Part shown: positions 10,700 to 19,554 of the stretch, one piece after another
How the letters are laid out: each line of letters begins with the position of its first letter
Position numbering within the stretch: the stretch's first letter is position 1
DNA from: Nitrospira japonica
GTDB lineage: Bacteria > Nitrospirota > Thermodesulfovibrionia > Thermodesulfovibrionales > SM23-35
DNA: 33,970 nucleotides
Direction of reading: 5' to 3'
NCBI GenBank assembly: GCA_020725385.1
Contig: DYFC01000042.1
Span: 1 to 33,970 of the forward strand
Made by a program: the position numbers and the translations under genes
The notes under the pieces: generated by a model
What the model was told of the DNA's origin: nothing
Database searches by the model: none
What the model saw: the letters and a program-made list of their open reading frames with translations, nothing else

Positions 10700-10864
10700 T
10701 GTATCACCTTCATACATTTAATTTTATTTATACGGGATAATTACCCGGAATAATGCTGATATTATCCCTACTACCCGAGTCATTCTAAATGCATTTTTAC
10801 GGATTAAAAAGAAATAAAGTGTTTTATTATACAATAAAAAATAATAGTATTGTAAAATTAATAC

Positions 10865-11533
10865 ATGGAAAAGCTTAGAAAATTATTTTTAACAGTAACC
10901 TTTTTTCTTTTATTATTTGGAAAAGTAGATGCAATAGGTTTTGATAATATTATTCAGGATCTTAATAGTTATGACTTAAAAACCCAGATTGAAGCAGTTA
11001 ATGAGTTAGGTAAAATAAGAGATGAAAAAGCAATTCAAAAATTAATTGATTTTGTTTTTACAAAAGCAGAGAACTGGAAGGTTAAAATCAGGGCAATAAC
11101 AATTCTCGGAGAAATACCTGATGCTAAAATTACAGACAAACTTGTAACTATTTTTAATGACCCATTTCTTAATGATGAATGTCCGGCAATGAAATGGTAC
11201 ACAGCTGTTGCTCTCGGAAAAAGTTTTAATAGAGGCACACGTGCGGTAGATACACTTATTACTGCATTGAATTATGATAATCTGCTTATAAAAGAGGCAG
11301 CTATTAAATCACTCGGAAATACCGAAGACCCATCTTCAATTCCATATTTACTTCCCTTTTTGGATGATAACAGATTTTCAATAAAATATAGTGTTATCAA
11401 AGCTTTCGGACAAATAGGAGATAAGAACACCATTCCTTATCTGAAAAAAATTATTGATGAAGAAAAAGACATTTTATTAAAAGAAGAAGCTCTAAAAGCT
11501 ATTGAAAATATCGAAAAAAAGTCACGAAACTAG
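10865..11533 (+). CDS. Exported HEAT/PBS-lyase-like repeat protein
   Basis: Signal peptide (..KVDA) then about 31-aa helical repeats (AVNELGKI, AITILGEI, TAVALGK, AIKSLGN, VIKAFGQI). Confidence 0.85.
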   Translation: MEKLRKLFLTVTFFLLLFGKVDAIGFDNIIQDLNSYDLKTQIEAVNELGKIRDEKAIQKLIDFVFTKAENWKVKIRAITILGEIPDAKITDKLVTIFNDPFLNDECPAMKWYTAVALGKSFNRGTRAVDTLITALNYDNLLIKEAAIKSLGNTEDPSSIPYLLPFLDDNRFSIKYSVIKAFGQIGDKNTIPYLKKIIDEEKDILLKEEALKAIENIEKKSRN

Positions 11534-11578
11534 TAGTATTTTTTGCAACATTTTGTAATTTATGTTTCAATATTGTTA

Positions 11579-12082
11579 ATGAGTAAGCTCTGGGAAAATA
11601 TATTTAGGAAGAAAAGACATTCAGACAGGATAGAGGAAATTCTTGTCAGAATACCGGTCTTTCAGGATTTGACTCCTCGAGAATTAAAATCAATAAAAGC
11701 TATCCTTTATCAAAGAGAATATAAAGCAAATGAATTTATTTTCAAAGAGGGGGATGCGGGTCTTGGAATGTACATAATATTTAGTGGCAAGGTTATGATT
11801 ACATGCGATAATGATAAACAAATTCTTGCTGAACTTGAAGAGGGTGATTTTTTTGGAGAGTTGTCTCTTCTTGATGAATCTCCCCGTAGTGCATCTGCCA
11901 TAGCAAAAACCCAGTGTATATTACTTTGTTTTTTCAAGCCCGAACTCCTTGATATAATCGAAAGAAATCCGAAACTTGGCTGCAAGATTTTATTAAAACT
12001 TGCATGGACAATAGGTGAACGCCTGAAGAGCACCAATGAACAGTTAAGGGCTTTAAATTGTCGGGTTGGAAAAAATGAATAA
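11579..12082 (+). CDS. Stand-alone cyclic-nucleotide-binding domain protein
   Basis: IFKEGDAG-MYIIFSGKV and FFGELSLLDESPRSASA phosphate-binding cassette; no HTH. ATG 11579 is preferred over TTG 11543, but the start is uncertain. Confidence 0.9.
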   Translation: MSKLWENIFRKKRHSDRIEEILVRIPVFQDLTPRELKSIKAILYQREYKANEFIFKEGDAGLGMYIIFSGKVMITCDNDKQILAELEEGDFFGELSLLDESPRSASAIAKTQCILLCFFKPELLDIIERNPKLGCKILLKLAWTIGERLKSTNEQLRALNCRVGKNE

Positions 12083-12107
12083 ACATAAATTATTCATTTA
12101 ATTTGCC

Positions 12108-13157
12108 TTGAAAGGATCTTCTTTGAAGGAACAGAGTAATATTGTTCTAAGAATTTTGTTATTTATAATCATTATCATAGCCTCAGGCATTTTTCTATAT
12201 TCTATTCCAAGCATAGTAAAACTTGTAATAATTGCTGCCTTACTTGCTTATATTCTTGATCCGCTTGCAAACTTACTTGAATCACGGGGAATGAGCCGAA
12301 CAGCAGCTACGGTAGCCATTTTTATTGGTATAGTATTTTTGATTGCGATTTCTTATACATTAATTTTACCTCTATTATTAAATGAAATTAAGAATCTTAA
12401 AACAGGGTTTAGTGCAGAACAAACAATCAGTCTTGTTTCAAAACTTGAGCAAATTATAATTTCAAATTTAGCATTTCTTGGAGTAACAGAAATCGATCTT
12501 ACCGGAAGACTCCAGGAAACACTGTCTCATACCGGAGAATGGATATTTTCCCATGTTTTGGATGCTGCTTCAGTAATAACGAGTTTTATTCTAATACCTT
12601 TTATCGTATTTTTCCTTTTAAAAGATGGCAGAGAATTCAAAAAGGCATTTATAAATATAATCCCGAATAAATATTTTGAGTTTACTCTTTACCTTTTTTA
12701 CAAACTTAGTGCTCAGGTTGGAAATTTTCTCAGGGGACAATTTATTGATGCAGCTATCGTGGGTGTAATGGCAACTTTGGCTTTATGGATAGTGGGATTA
12801 AAATATTATTTCCTTATCGGATTATTTACAGGCATAGCCAATTTAATTCCATATTTTGGTCCACTTACCGGAGCTGTTCTTGCAACGATTCTCTCAATAA
12901 TACAAACCGGTGGTTTACAAATGGCTGCTTATGTGCTTCTTGCTTTTATAATAATCAAGCTTTTAGATGATGCAATAGTACAACCTGTTGTTGTTGCAAA
13001 AAGTGTTCATATGAACCCATTAACGGTTTTACTCGTAATTTTAATAGGCGGTAAATGGTTTGGCATACTCGGAATGCTACTTTCAGTTCCTGTAGCAGGG
13101 TTTTTAAAAGTTGTTTTCAACGAGAGTATACAGAACTATAGACGTTATAGAGCTTGA
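12108..13157 (+). CDS. AI-2E (UPF0118/PerM) family transporter
   Basis: Multi-TM with AYILDP, FFLLKDG, FLRGQ, NLIPYFGP, HMNPLTV and FGILGMLLSVP. The start may be TTG 12123 (after AAAGGA). Confidence 0.92.
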   Translation: MKGSSLKEQSNIVLRILLFIIIIIASGIFLYSIPSIVKLVIIAALLAYILDPLANLLESRGMSRTAATVAIFIGIVFLIAISYTLILPLLLNEIKNLKTGFSAEQTISLVSKLEQIIISNLAFLGVTEIDLTGRLQETLSHTGEWIFSHVLDAASVITSFILIPFIVFFLLKDGREFKKAFINIIPNKYFEFTLYLFYKLSAQVGNFLRGQFIDAAIVGVMATLALWIVGLKYYFLIGLFTGIANLIPYFGPLTGAVLATILSIIQTGGLQMAAYVLLAFIIIKLLDDAIVQPVVVAKSVHMNPLTVLLVILIGGKWFGILGMLLSVPVAGFLKVVFNESIQNYRRYRA

Positions 13158-13163
13158 GTATTT

Positions 13164-14330
13164 TTATAAAAATATATTTTCAATCACTTCTATAAGATGC
13201 ACGACTTTTTTATTACCGAATTTTTGTGAAAGTTGCAAAATACATCCCGGGCATGATGTAATAAGGGTCTCAAATTTATACCTATCATAATAATTTACAC
13301 AAGTGTCGAGCATATTTTTTGATAAGCTTTTATTTGAAAAGCAGAAAGTCCCTGCAAAACCGCAACATTTGCTTTCTTTTGTTTTAATTAGATCAATGCC
13401 AATCTTACTTAAAATTTCTCGTGGTTCATTTATTACACCAAGACCGTATTTGAGATGACATGGATCATGAAAGATTGCCCGATTATTAGAGATATTTTTA
13501 ATATTTTCCCGGGAAGAAATTTTATCTAACAGAAATTCCGATATATCATATGAATAATTTATACCTTTACCAATAATTTTTGGATATTCAGATTTTAATG
13601 CGAGTGTGCAGGTAGGGCAAAGACTGAGGACTGCCTCAACATTAAGCTTTGAAAAGAGATCATAGTTTTTTTCTGCCAATAGAATTGCTTCTTTTTCCAT
13701 ACCGAGTGTTCTTAGAGGTGTGCCACAGCAGACTTCACCCGAAGGAAGAATTACTTCATATCCAAGAATATTTAATACATTTATGAGAGATTTTCCTATA
13801 TTAGGATAAAGAAAATTGGTTATACAGCCGGTAAAAATAGCTACTCTTCCTATTTTCCGGGGAACGGTTACTACCTGCAATTTATCTTTTAATCTACGTT
13901 CGGGAATAGTAAGATTAAACGGTAAAACATCTTTCTTATTAATGTATGGTAAGAGAATATGCTGCGATAAGTTTAAGAACTTGAAACTTATTAGAGGGTG
14001 ATTTGTGAAAAATTTTGAGATAAATCTTAACAGCTTCCTCGAAGAATCATGTTTTCTTAGTATGGTTCTTCCTTTATAAATTATTTCTTTTATATCGATT
14101 CCAAGAGGACACTGGTGCGTGCAAGCTCCGCATAATGTACAACTGAAAACTTTTTCGCAAATTGTATTAGAAGGTATCAATTGTCCATTGTTCAATCCAA
14201 ATAACAATGCAAGCCTGCCTCTTGCACCAAGAGACTCTTCTGAATCAGATTCATATGTAGAGCAGTAAGCTTTGCATGTGCCGCAATGAACACATTTTTT
14301 TAATTCATTTATATATTGTTCCTCATTCAT
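13164..14330 (-). CDS. (Fe-S)-binding protein, GlcF/HdrD-like, with two 4Fe-4S motifs and two CCG domains
   Basis: CVHCGTCKAYC, CTLCGACTHQCP, FTGC..VCCG..CPTC, HDPCHL..KCCG..SCPGC. Confidence 0.9.
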   Translation of the reverse strand: MNEEQYINELKKCVHCGTCKAYCSTYESDSEESLGARGRLALLFGLNNGQLIPSNTICEKVFSCTLCGACTHQCPLGIDIKEIIYKGRTILRKHDSSRKLLRFISKFFTNHPLISFKFLNLSQHILLPYINKKDVLPFNLTIPERRLKDKLQVVTVPRKIGRVAIFTGCITNFLYPNIGKSLINVLNILGYEVILPSGEVCCGTPLRTLGMEKEAILLAEKNYDLFSKLNVEAVLSLCPTCTLALKSEYPKIIGKGINYSYDISEFLLDKISSRENIKNISNNRAIFHDPCHLKYGLGVINEPREILSKIGIDLIKTKESKCCGFAGTFCFSNKSLSKNMLDTCVNYYDRYKFETLITSCPGCILQLSQKFGNKKVVHLIEVIENIFL

Positions 14331-14349
14331 TCTTCAAACTGAATTTATT

Positions 14350-15147
14350 CTATAATTTTATAATCTGGTTCATACTCCCGGTTTTGAAATCCGATAAATC
14401 GACAGATACAAAGAAATAACCGTATAATCTCAATTTTCTTTCAATTAATTTACGCTTTCTTGAACTACAAAGCATCTTAAATTCATTTGCCGGCAATTCA
14501 ATTCTTGCCAGAATATCATGATCTCTTACCCTTATATTATTGAATCCAAGAGAATATAAAAATTTCTCGGATTTTTCAATTCTATTTAAAATCTTATTTG
14601 TTATCTTATGACCATAAGGTATTCTTGTAGCAAGACAGGATGAAGATGGTTTATTCCATGATATAAGGCCGAGTCTCTTAGAATAGTTTCTTATTTCTTT
14701 TTTTGAAAAACCTGCATCAATTAACGGACTTATAACACCATATTTTTTTACAGCCTTAAATCCGGGTCTATAATCCTTCAAGTCGTTTTTATTGCTTCCT
14801 TCAATAACATGACAGAAATCATTTTCTTTGGCAATTTTACTAATCACTTTGAAACGTATATCTTTGCATATGTAACATCTATTAAAAGAATTTTTAGCAA
14901 AATCATTTTTCTGTAGTTCATTTGTTTCAATAATCTTATGTTTTATTCCGATTTCTCTGGCAATTTTTTTTGCAAAAATAATTTCTGAAGCAGGAACTAT
15001 TTCTGATTTTGCAGTAACAGCAAGAGCTTTTATGCCCGAAAGCTTTACAGCTTTAAGCAGGAAAGTACTATCGCACCCTCCTGAAAACGCAATAACAGCA
15101 CTTTGCAGGTTTTTAAGTATTTTTAAAAGATGATCTAACTTATTCAC
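14350..15147 (-). CDS. larE: LarE-family ATP-dependent sulfur transferase (PP-loop)
   Basis: AFSGGCDS PP-loop, RCYICK, DYRPG, SKKEIR, SSCLATRIPYG, RVRDH..ARIE, GSMN; GTG start. Confidence 0.9.
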   Translation of the reverse strand: MNKLDHLLKILKNLQSAVIAFSGGCDSTFLLKAVKLSGIKALAVTAKSEIVPASEIIFAKKIAREIGIKHKIIETNELQKNDFAKNSFNRCYICKDIRFKVISKIAKENDFCHVIEGSNKNDLKDYRPGFKAVKKYGVISPLIDAGFSKKEIRNYSKRLGLISWNKPSSSCLATRIPYGHKITNKILNRIEKSEKFLYSLGFNNIRVRDHDILARIELPANEFKMLCSSRKRKLIERKLRLYGYFFVSVDLSDFKTGSMNQIIKL

Positions 15148-15156
15148 AGGGAGTTT

Positions 15157-16662
15157 TTAGAGTACAGTTACTTCATAATTTTCCTGGTGGAAACTCCGGC
15201 TTTCTCTGATTGTTATCTTAACATTGTACTTATTCTCAATATCTTCAATTCCTCCGCGTTCTTCGTCTGTCAGTATCTCTGCCACAGAGGGGTGTGCAGT
15301 TACTATTATTCTTTCGGAGCCATGTTTTGCAAGACGCATTATCTTTCTGAATATCTCATAACAGAGGGTCTTGGGTGATTTTACAAAACCTTTACCCTCA
15401 CAGTATGGGCAGGACTCACAAAGAGTCCTGCCAAGACTTTCTCTCACCCTTTTCCTCGTCATTTGTATCAAACCAAGGTCGGAAATATGGGATATTGTAT
15501 TTTTTGCCCGGTCTTTTTTCATTGCATCAACAAAAGCATTGAAAACTCTGTCTCGATTCTCAAGTTTTTCCATATCAATAAAATCAACAATAATTATACC
15601 CCCAAGATTTCTCAAACGAATTTGATATGCAATTTCTTTGACAGCCTCGAGATTTGTCTTTAGTATGGTATCCTCCAGTTCTTCTTTCCCGACAAATTTT
15701 CCTGTATTAACATCAATGACTGTCATTGCCTCGGTCTGGTCTATTACTATATATCCACCTGATTTTAGCCAGACTTTTCTGCCCAGTGCTCTTGATATAT
15801 CAAACTCTATACCAAAGGCGTCGAAGATTGGTTCCGTGCCTTCGTATAATTCAATGTTTCCAAGCAATTTCTCAAAATATGTTCTTACAAAATCCTTTAT
15901 TCTTTCATATTCCTCAACAGAATCAACAACCAGCCTTTTAACATCCTGCACCATAAGGTCTCTTACACTTCTAAAAACAAGGTCAAGATCACTATAAAGC
16001 AGAGTCGGAGCAGATACCCTATCTTTTTTCTTCTGAACGTTTTCCCATAATAAAAGAAGAAACTCAAGGTCTTTTTTAAGATCATCCTCGCAGGAACCTT
16101 CGCTTGCTGTCCTGATGATAAGACCAAAACCTTTTGGTTTTATTGTTTCTACTATATTTCTTAAACGTGTTCTTTCTTCTTCATCCGAAATTCTTCTTGA
16201 GATACCAATATGTTCAACATTTGGCATTAAAACAAGGTATCTGCCGGGAATGGTTACATAAGAAGTTACTCTTGCACCTTTGCTGCCTATCGGATCTTTT
16301 GAGACCTGAACGAGTATTTCCTGACCTTCCTGAATGAGTTCTTCAATAGTCATTTCAGGACGTGTTTTTTTGGTAATAATATCCAGAGAATTAACTTTTT
16401 CTTCTTCGTCAAGAAATGGTGCAAATTCTTCCAGACCTGCATGAATGTCCGTGACATAAAGGAATGCGGCTTTTTCAAGCCCGATGTCAATAAAAGCTGA
16501 TTGCATGCCCGGCAATATTTTTACTACTTTGCCTTTGTATATATTACCTACAAGGCTTGCATCACGTTTTCTTTCAACGTAAAACTCCACAACCTGACCG
16601 CCTTCAAGCAGTCCAACCCTGACTTCATCCCGTGTTACATTAATTAAGATTTCACTATCCAT
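15157..16662 (-). CDS. rng: Ribonuclease G (Rne/Rng family)
   Basis: VGNIYKGKV, AFIDIG, TEAMTVIDVNTG, RLRNLGGIIIVDFIDM, CPYCEG; 501 aa without an RNase E C-terminal scaffold. Confidence 0.95.
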   Translation of the reverse strand: MDSEILINVTRDEVRVGLLEGGQVVEFYVERKRDASLVGNIYKGKVVKILPGMQSAFIDIGLEKAAFLYVTDIHAGLEEFAPFLDEEEKVNSLDIITKKTRPEMTIEELIQEGQEILVQVSKDPIGSKGARVTSYVTIPGRYLVLMPNVEHIGISRRISDEEERTRLRNIVETIKPKGFGLIIRTASEGSCEDDLKKDLEFLLLLWENVQKKKDRVSAPTLLYSDLDLVFRSVRDLMVQDVKRLVVDSVEEYERIKDFVRTYFEKLLGNIELYEGTEPIFDAFGIEFDISRALGRKVWLKSGGYIVIDQTEAMTVIDVNTGKFVGKEELEDTILKTNLEAVKEIAYQIRLRNLGGIIIVDFIDMEKLENRDRVFNAFVDAMKKDRAKNTISHISDLGLIQMTRKRVRESLGRTLCESCPYCEGKGFVKSPKTLCYEIFRKIMRLAKHGSERIIVTAHPSVAEILTDEERGGIEDIENKYNVKITIRESRSFHQENYEVTVL

Positions 16663-16664
16663 TT

Positions 16665-19148
16665 TTAAACCTTACATTCAAAAAGAGGAATATTAGAAAC
16701 ATTTAATGGTTTTATCCATTTATTATCCCATCCATATAATCCTGTTCGTATAATAGAAAGTTTTTCAATAGGTACATTGAATATTACAGGAAGAATTTCG
16801 CCAATCCTCACTTTTTTTTCATTAAGATCTTTTAAAATTAGTGTAACATAATTGTCTTCACCAATTATTGCAGATTCAACCATAGCTCTTAAATTTATAA
16901 CATATTTTTCTCTTTTTGTAACTATTTCTTTTTTATCGAGAAAATCTTTAACAGATGATATATCACCGCCTGAAATTCTGTATTCATAACAAGAAATGAA
17001 ACTGTTAAGGGACGGAGTATCTGAAGGAATAGGGCTCATCTGATTTATTTTTATGCCTTCAGGCAAACAGAGATTTAGTTTCTCTTTATTAGCATATAGA
17101 TCAAAAGGTGGAAAAACTTTCATATCAAAATACTCGCTTAACCCGGAAATTCCAACACCGAGAGGCGGTCCAAAAGAAATTTCAGGCATAGGATTGAAAC
17201 CTTTTGAGTAATCAACTTTAATTCCTGCTCTTCTAATTGCCCTTTGAATAACAAAAATAAGTTCAAGATGGGACAGATATTTAAGCAAGCCTGTTTTAGA
17301 AAACTCTACCCTTATTATGATAGGTTTAAAAATAGTTGATAAACGGGAAGCCTCGATATGCTCTGATATTATGTTTAATTTTTGTTCTTGTACACTTTTT
17401 ATATTACAGCTCAATCCACAATTATGGCAGACTTTTCTGCAATCAGATGTAATTTCTTCATTAAGTGCTTTATTGTATTCCTTTATTAAGAAATTCTTTG
17501 ATACTCCGGTATCAATAAAGTCCCATGGCAAATTATCGCTCGGCTCATATTTTTTCGATGCATAATATCCGGCATCAATGCCTGTTGTTTCCATTGCTTC
17601 CTGCCACTTCTGGAAGTCAAAATTCTCTGTCCAGCCATCGAGCCTGCAACCCGATGACCATGCTTTTTCAATAAGTTTTGACATTTTTTCATCCCCGCGG
17701 GAGAAAGCAGCTTCAAGAAAACTCATATAAACATTATGACTCTTAATATTAAAAGACTTCCTTGACAGAGCATTTTCTACTAACTTCTTCCTCCTTATTA
17801 TCTCTTCTATCTGCTCCTGTCCATGCCATTGAAAAGGAGTATGAGGCTTTGGAATGAAAGGTGAAATTCCTATATTTATATTGACAGATCTTCTCGAGTT
17901 CTTTCTTGAAATCTTTAAGGCTTTATATGCCATTTTGATTATTCCTTCAATATCTTCATCAGTTTCAGTTGGCAATCCTATCATGAAATAGAGTTTAAGA
18001 TTTAACCAGCCTTCTTCAAAAAGTAATGAAAGAGATTTTTCAAACTCTTCTTCTGAAAAGTCTTTGTTGATAACTTTCCTTAATCTATCTGTTCCTGCTT
18101 CAGGCGCTATTGTAAAACCTGTTTTCTTTACTGTTCTGATTTCACGCAGGATTTCACGGGTAACAGCAGCAATTCTTAATGAAGGCAATGATAAAGCAAT
18201 ATTTTTACCGTAATATCTTTTGTTAAATTCTCTTAAAACTTCATAAAGACAACTGTAATCCCCGGCGCTCAAAGATGTAAAAGAAACTTCTTCATAACCG
18301 GTATTTTCAAGAGAAATTTCTGCAAGTTCAAGAACTTTTCGGGGCGAACGTTCTCTTACAGGTCTATATATCATACCCGCCTGACAGAATCTGCAACCCA
18401 TTGAACAACCTCTTGAGACTTCAATATTTATCCTGTCATGTATTATTGAAGTATATGGCACAATAGGTTTTTCAGGATATGGAAGAGAATCAAGAGATTT
18501 AACAAAACGTCTCTTAATAGAAAAAGAAGCGTTTTTATTAAAGGTTCCATTATTAAATAAAGGAACATATATGCCTTCAATCTCGGAAAGGTTTTTGAGT
18601 AAAGATTCTTTTCTACCATCACCTTCTTTTTTCCACTGCTCATATGTATTAATAATTTCAAGGATTGCTTCTTCACCATCTCCGATTAAAAAAGCATCAA
18701 TAAAAGGAGACAAAGGAAGTGGATTCACGGTACACGGTCCGCCTGCTATTATTAAAGGACAATCTGAAGATAAACGTTCATCTGTTTTTAAAGGAATATT
18801 TCCAAGATTTAGAATATCCAATACAGTAGTATATGAGAGTTCATATTGAAGACTAAACCCGATAATATCAAAATCCTTTAAAGGTCTTTTTGATTCAAGT
18901 GAGTATAGAGGCAATGAATTTACTTTTAGATAATCTCTGAAATCATTCCATGGAGCAAATACACGCTCAGCAGATGCATAAGATATATCATTAATTATCT
19001 TATAAAGTATCCGCAAGCCGAGATGCGACATTCCGATTTCGTAAATATCAGGGAAAACAAGAGCTACCTTCACAGGAGCTTCTTTATAAATGACATTTAC
19101 TTCATGATTGATATATCTGCTTGGTTTCAGAAAAATAGATAGATTCAC
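16665..19148 (-). CDS. TIGR03960-type radical SAM protein fused to a DUF2344/TIGR03936-like C-terminal domain
   Basis: FPDIYEIGMSHLG, FSLQYEL, RGCSMGCRFCQAG (CxxxCxxC), APEAG and FIPKPHTPFQW; C-terminal KYLSHLE..YSKGFNP..FGPPLGVG..EY. Confidence 0.9.
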   Translation of the reverse strand: MNLSIFLKPSRYINHEVNVIYKEAPVKVALVFPDIYEIGMSHLGLRILYKIINDISYASAERVFAPWNDFRDYLKVNSLPLYSLESKRPLKDFDIIGFSLQYELSYTTVLDILNLGNIPLKTDERLSSDCPLIIAGGPCTVNPLPLSPFIDAFLIGDGEEAILEIINTYEQWKKEGDGRKESLLKNLSEIEGIYVPLFNNGTFNKNASFSIKRRFVKSLDSLPYPEKPIVPYTSIIHDRINIEVSRGCSMGCRFCQAGMIYRPVRERSPRKVLELAEISLENTGYEEVSFTSLSAGDYSCLYEVLREFNKRYYGKNIALSLPSLRIAAVTREILREIRTVKKTGFTIAPEAGTDRLRKVINKDFSEEEFEKSLSLLFEEGWLNLKLYFMIGLPTETDEDIEGIIKMAYKALKISRKNSRRSVNINIGISPFIPKPHTPFQWHGQEQIEEIIRRKKLVENALSRKSFNIKSHNVYMSFLEAAFSRGDEKMSKLIEKAWSSGCRLDGWTENFDFQKWQEAMETTGIDAGYYASKKYEPSDNLPWDFIDTGVSKNFLIKEYNKALNEEITSDCRKVCHNCGLSCNIKSVQEQKLNIISEHIEASRLSTIFKPIIIRVEFSKTGLLKYLSHLELIFVIQRAIRRAGIKVDYSKGFNPMPEISFGPPLGVGISGLSEYFDMKVFPPFDLYANKEKLNLCLPEGIKINQMSPIPSDTPSLNSFISCYEYRISGGDISSVKDFLDKKEIVTKREKYVINLRAMVESAIIGEDNYVTLILKDLNEKKVRIGEILPVIFNVPIEKLSIIRTGLYGWDNKWIKPLNVSNIPLFECKV

Positions 19149-19153
19149 TACTT

Positions 19154-19183
19154 AGAATACCATCTTTTTTTATAAACGGACAA
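19154..19183 (-). promoter_or_regulatory. Putative extended -10 sigma70 promoter giving a leaderless radical-SAM mRNA
   Basis: Minus strand TTGTCC, 18 nt ending TGG, TATTCT, 5 nt, GTG start; no SD. Confidence 0.5.
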
Positions 19184-19214
19184 GTTTCCTATTAGCACAG
19201 ATGATGTAAACATT

Positions 19215-19304
19215 TGGCGGAGGGGGAGGGATTCGAACCCCCGGTGGAGTTGCCCCCACAACGATTTTCGAGACCGCCCCGTTCAACCGCTCCGGCACCC
19301 CTCC
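19215..19304 (-). tRNA. tRNA-Ser (CGA)
   Basis: Reverse complement GGAGGGGTGCCGGAGCGGTTGAACGGGGCGGTCTCGAAAATCGT...GGTTCGAATCCCTCCCCCTCCGCCA is 90 nt with a long variable arm, anticodon loop CT-CGA-AA, G discriminator and CCA. Confidence 0.97.
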
Positions 19305-19311
19305 ATTTTGT

Positions 19312-19554
19312 TTAAAAAGATTCATTGTCTTTGACTTTTATTTGTTGTTCGGGTATTTCCTCTATTTCAGAAAGAACTTTTTTTATTTCCTTGTCAGTTG
19401 CATATAATTTTTCCCTGCAGAATTTTATAAGAAATATAGCTCTTTTAACTTTATCTGTAAGAATATCAACATCTATATCGGCTTTTTCTATGTGACTGAC
19501 TATATCCTGAAGTTCTGCCATTGCTTTTGCATAAGTCATTTTCTTTTCACTCAT
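19312..19554 (-). CDS. xseB: Exodeoxyribonuclease VII small subunit
   Basis: MSEKKMTYAKAMAELQDIVSHIE...FCREKL; ATG 19554 follows SD GGAGGA and overlaps the end of xseA. Confidence 0.92.
   Translation of the reverse strand: MSEKKMTYAKAMAELQDIVSHIEKADIDVDILTDKVKRAIFLIKFCREKLYATDKEIKKVLSEIEEIPEQQIKVKDNESF

Noticed and set aside
12075-12101. 8-codon ORF in frame with the AI-2E gene, suggesting readthrough or a pseudogene
   Set aside because: The transporter appears complete from the downstream TTG, and TAA is not a recoding context.
19215-19304. tRNA-Ser as an attachment site for an integrated element
   Set aside because: No duplicate of its 3' end and no integrase seen; housekeeping-type genes follow directly.
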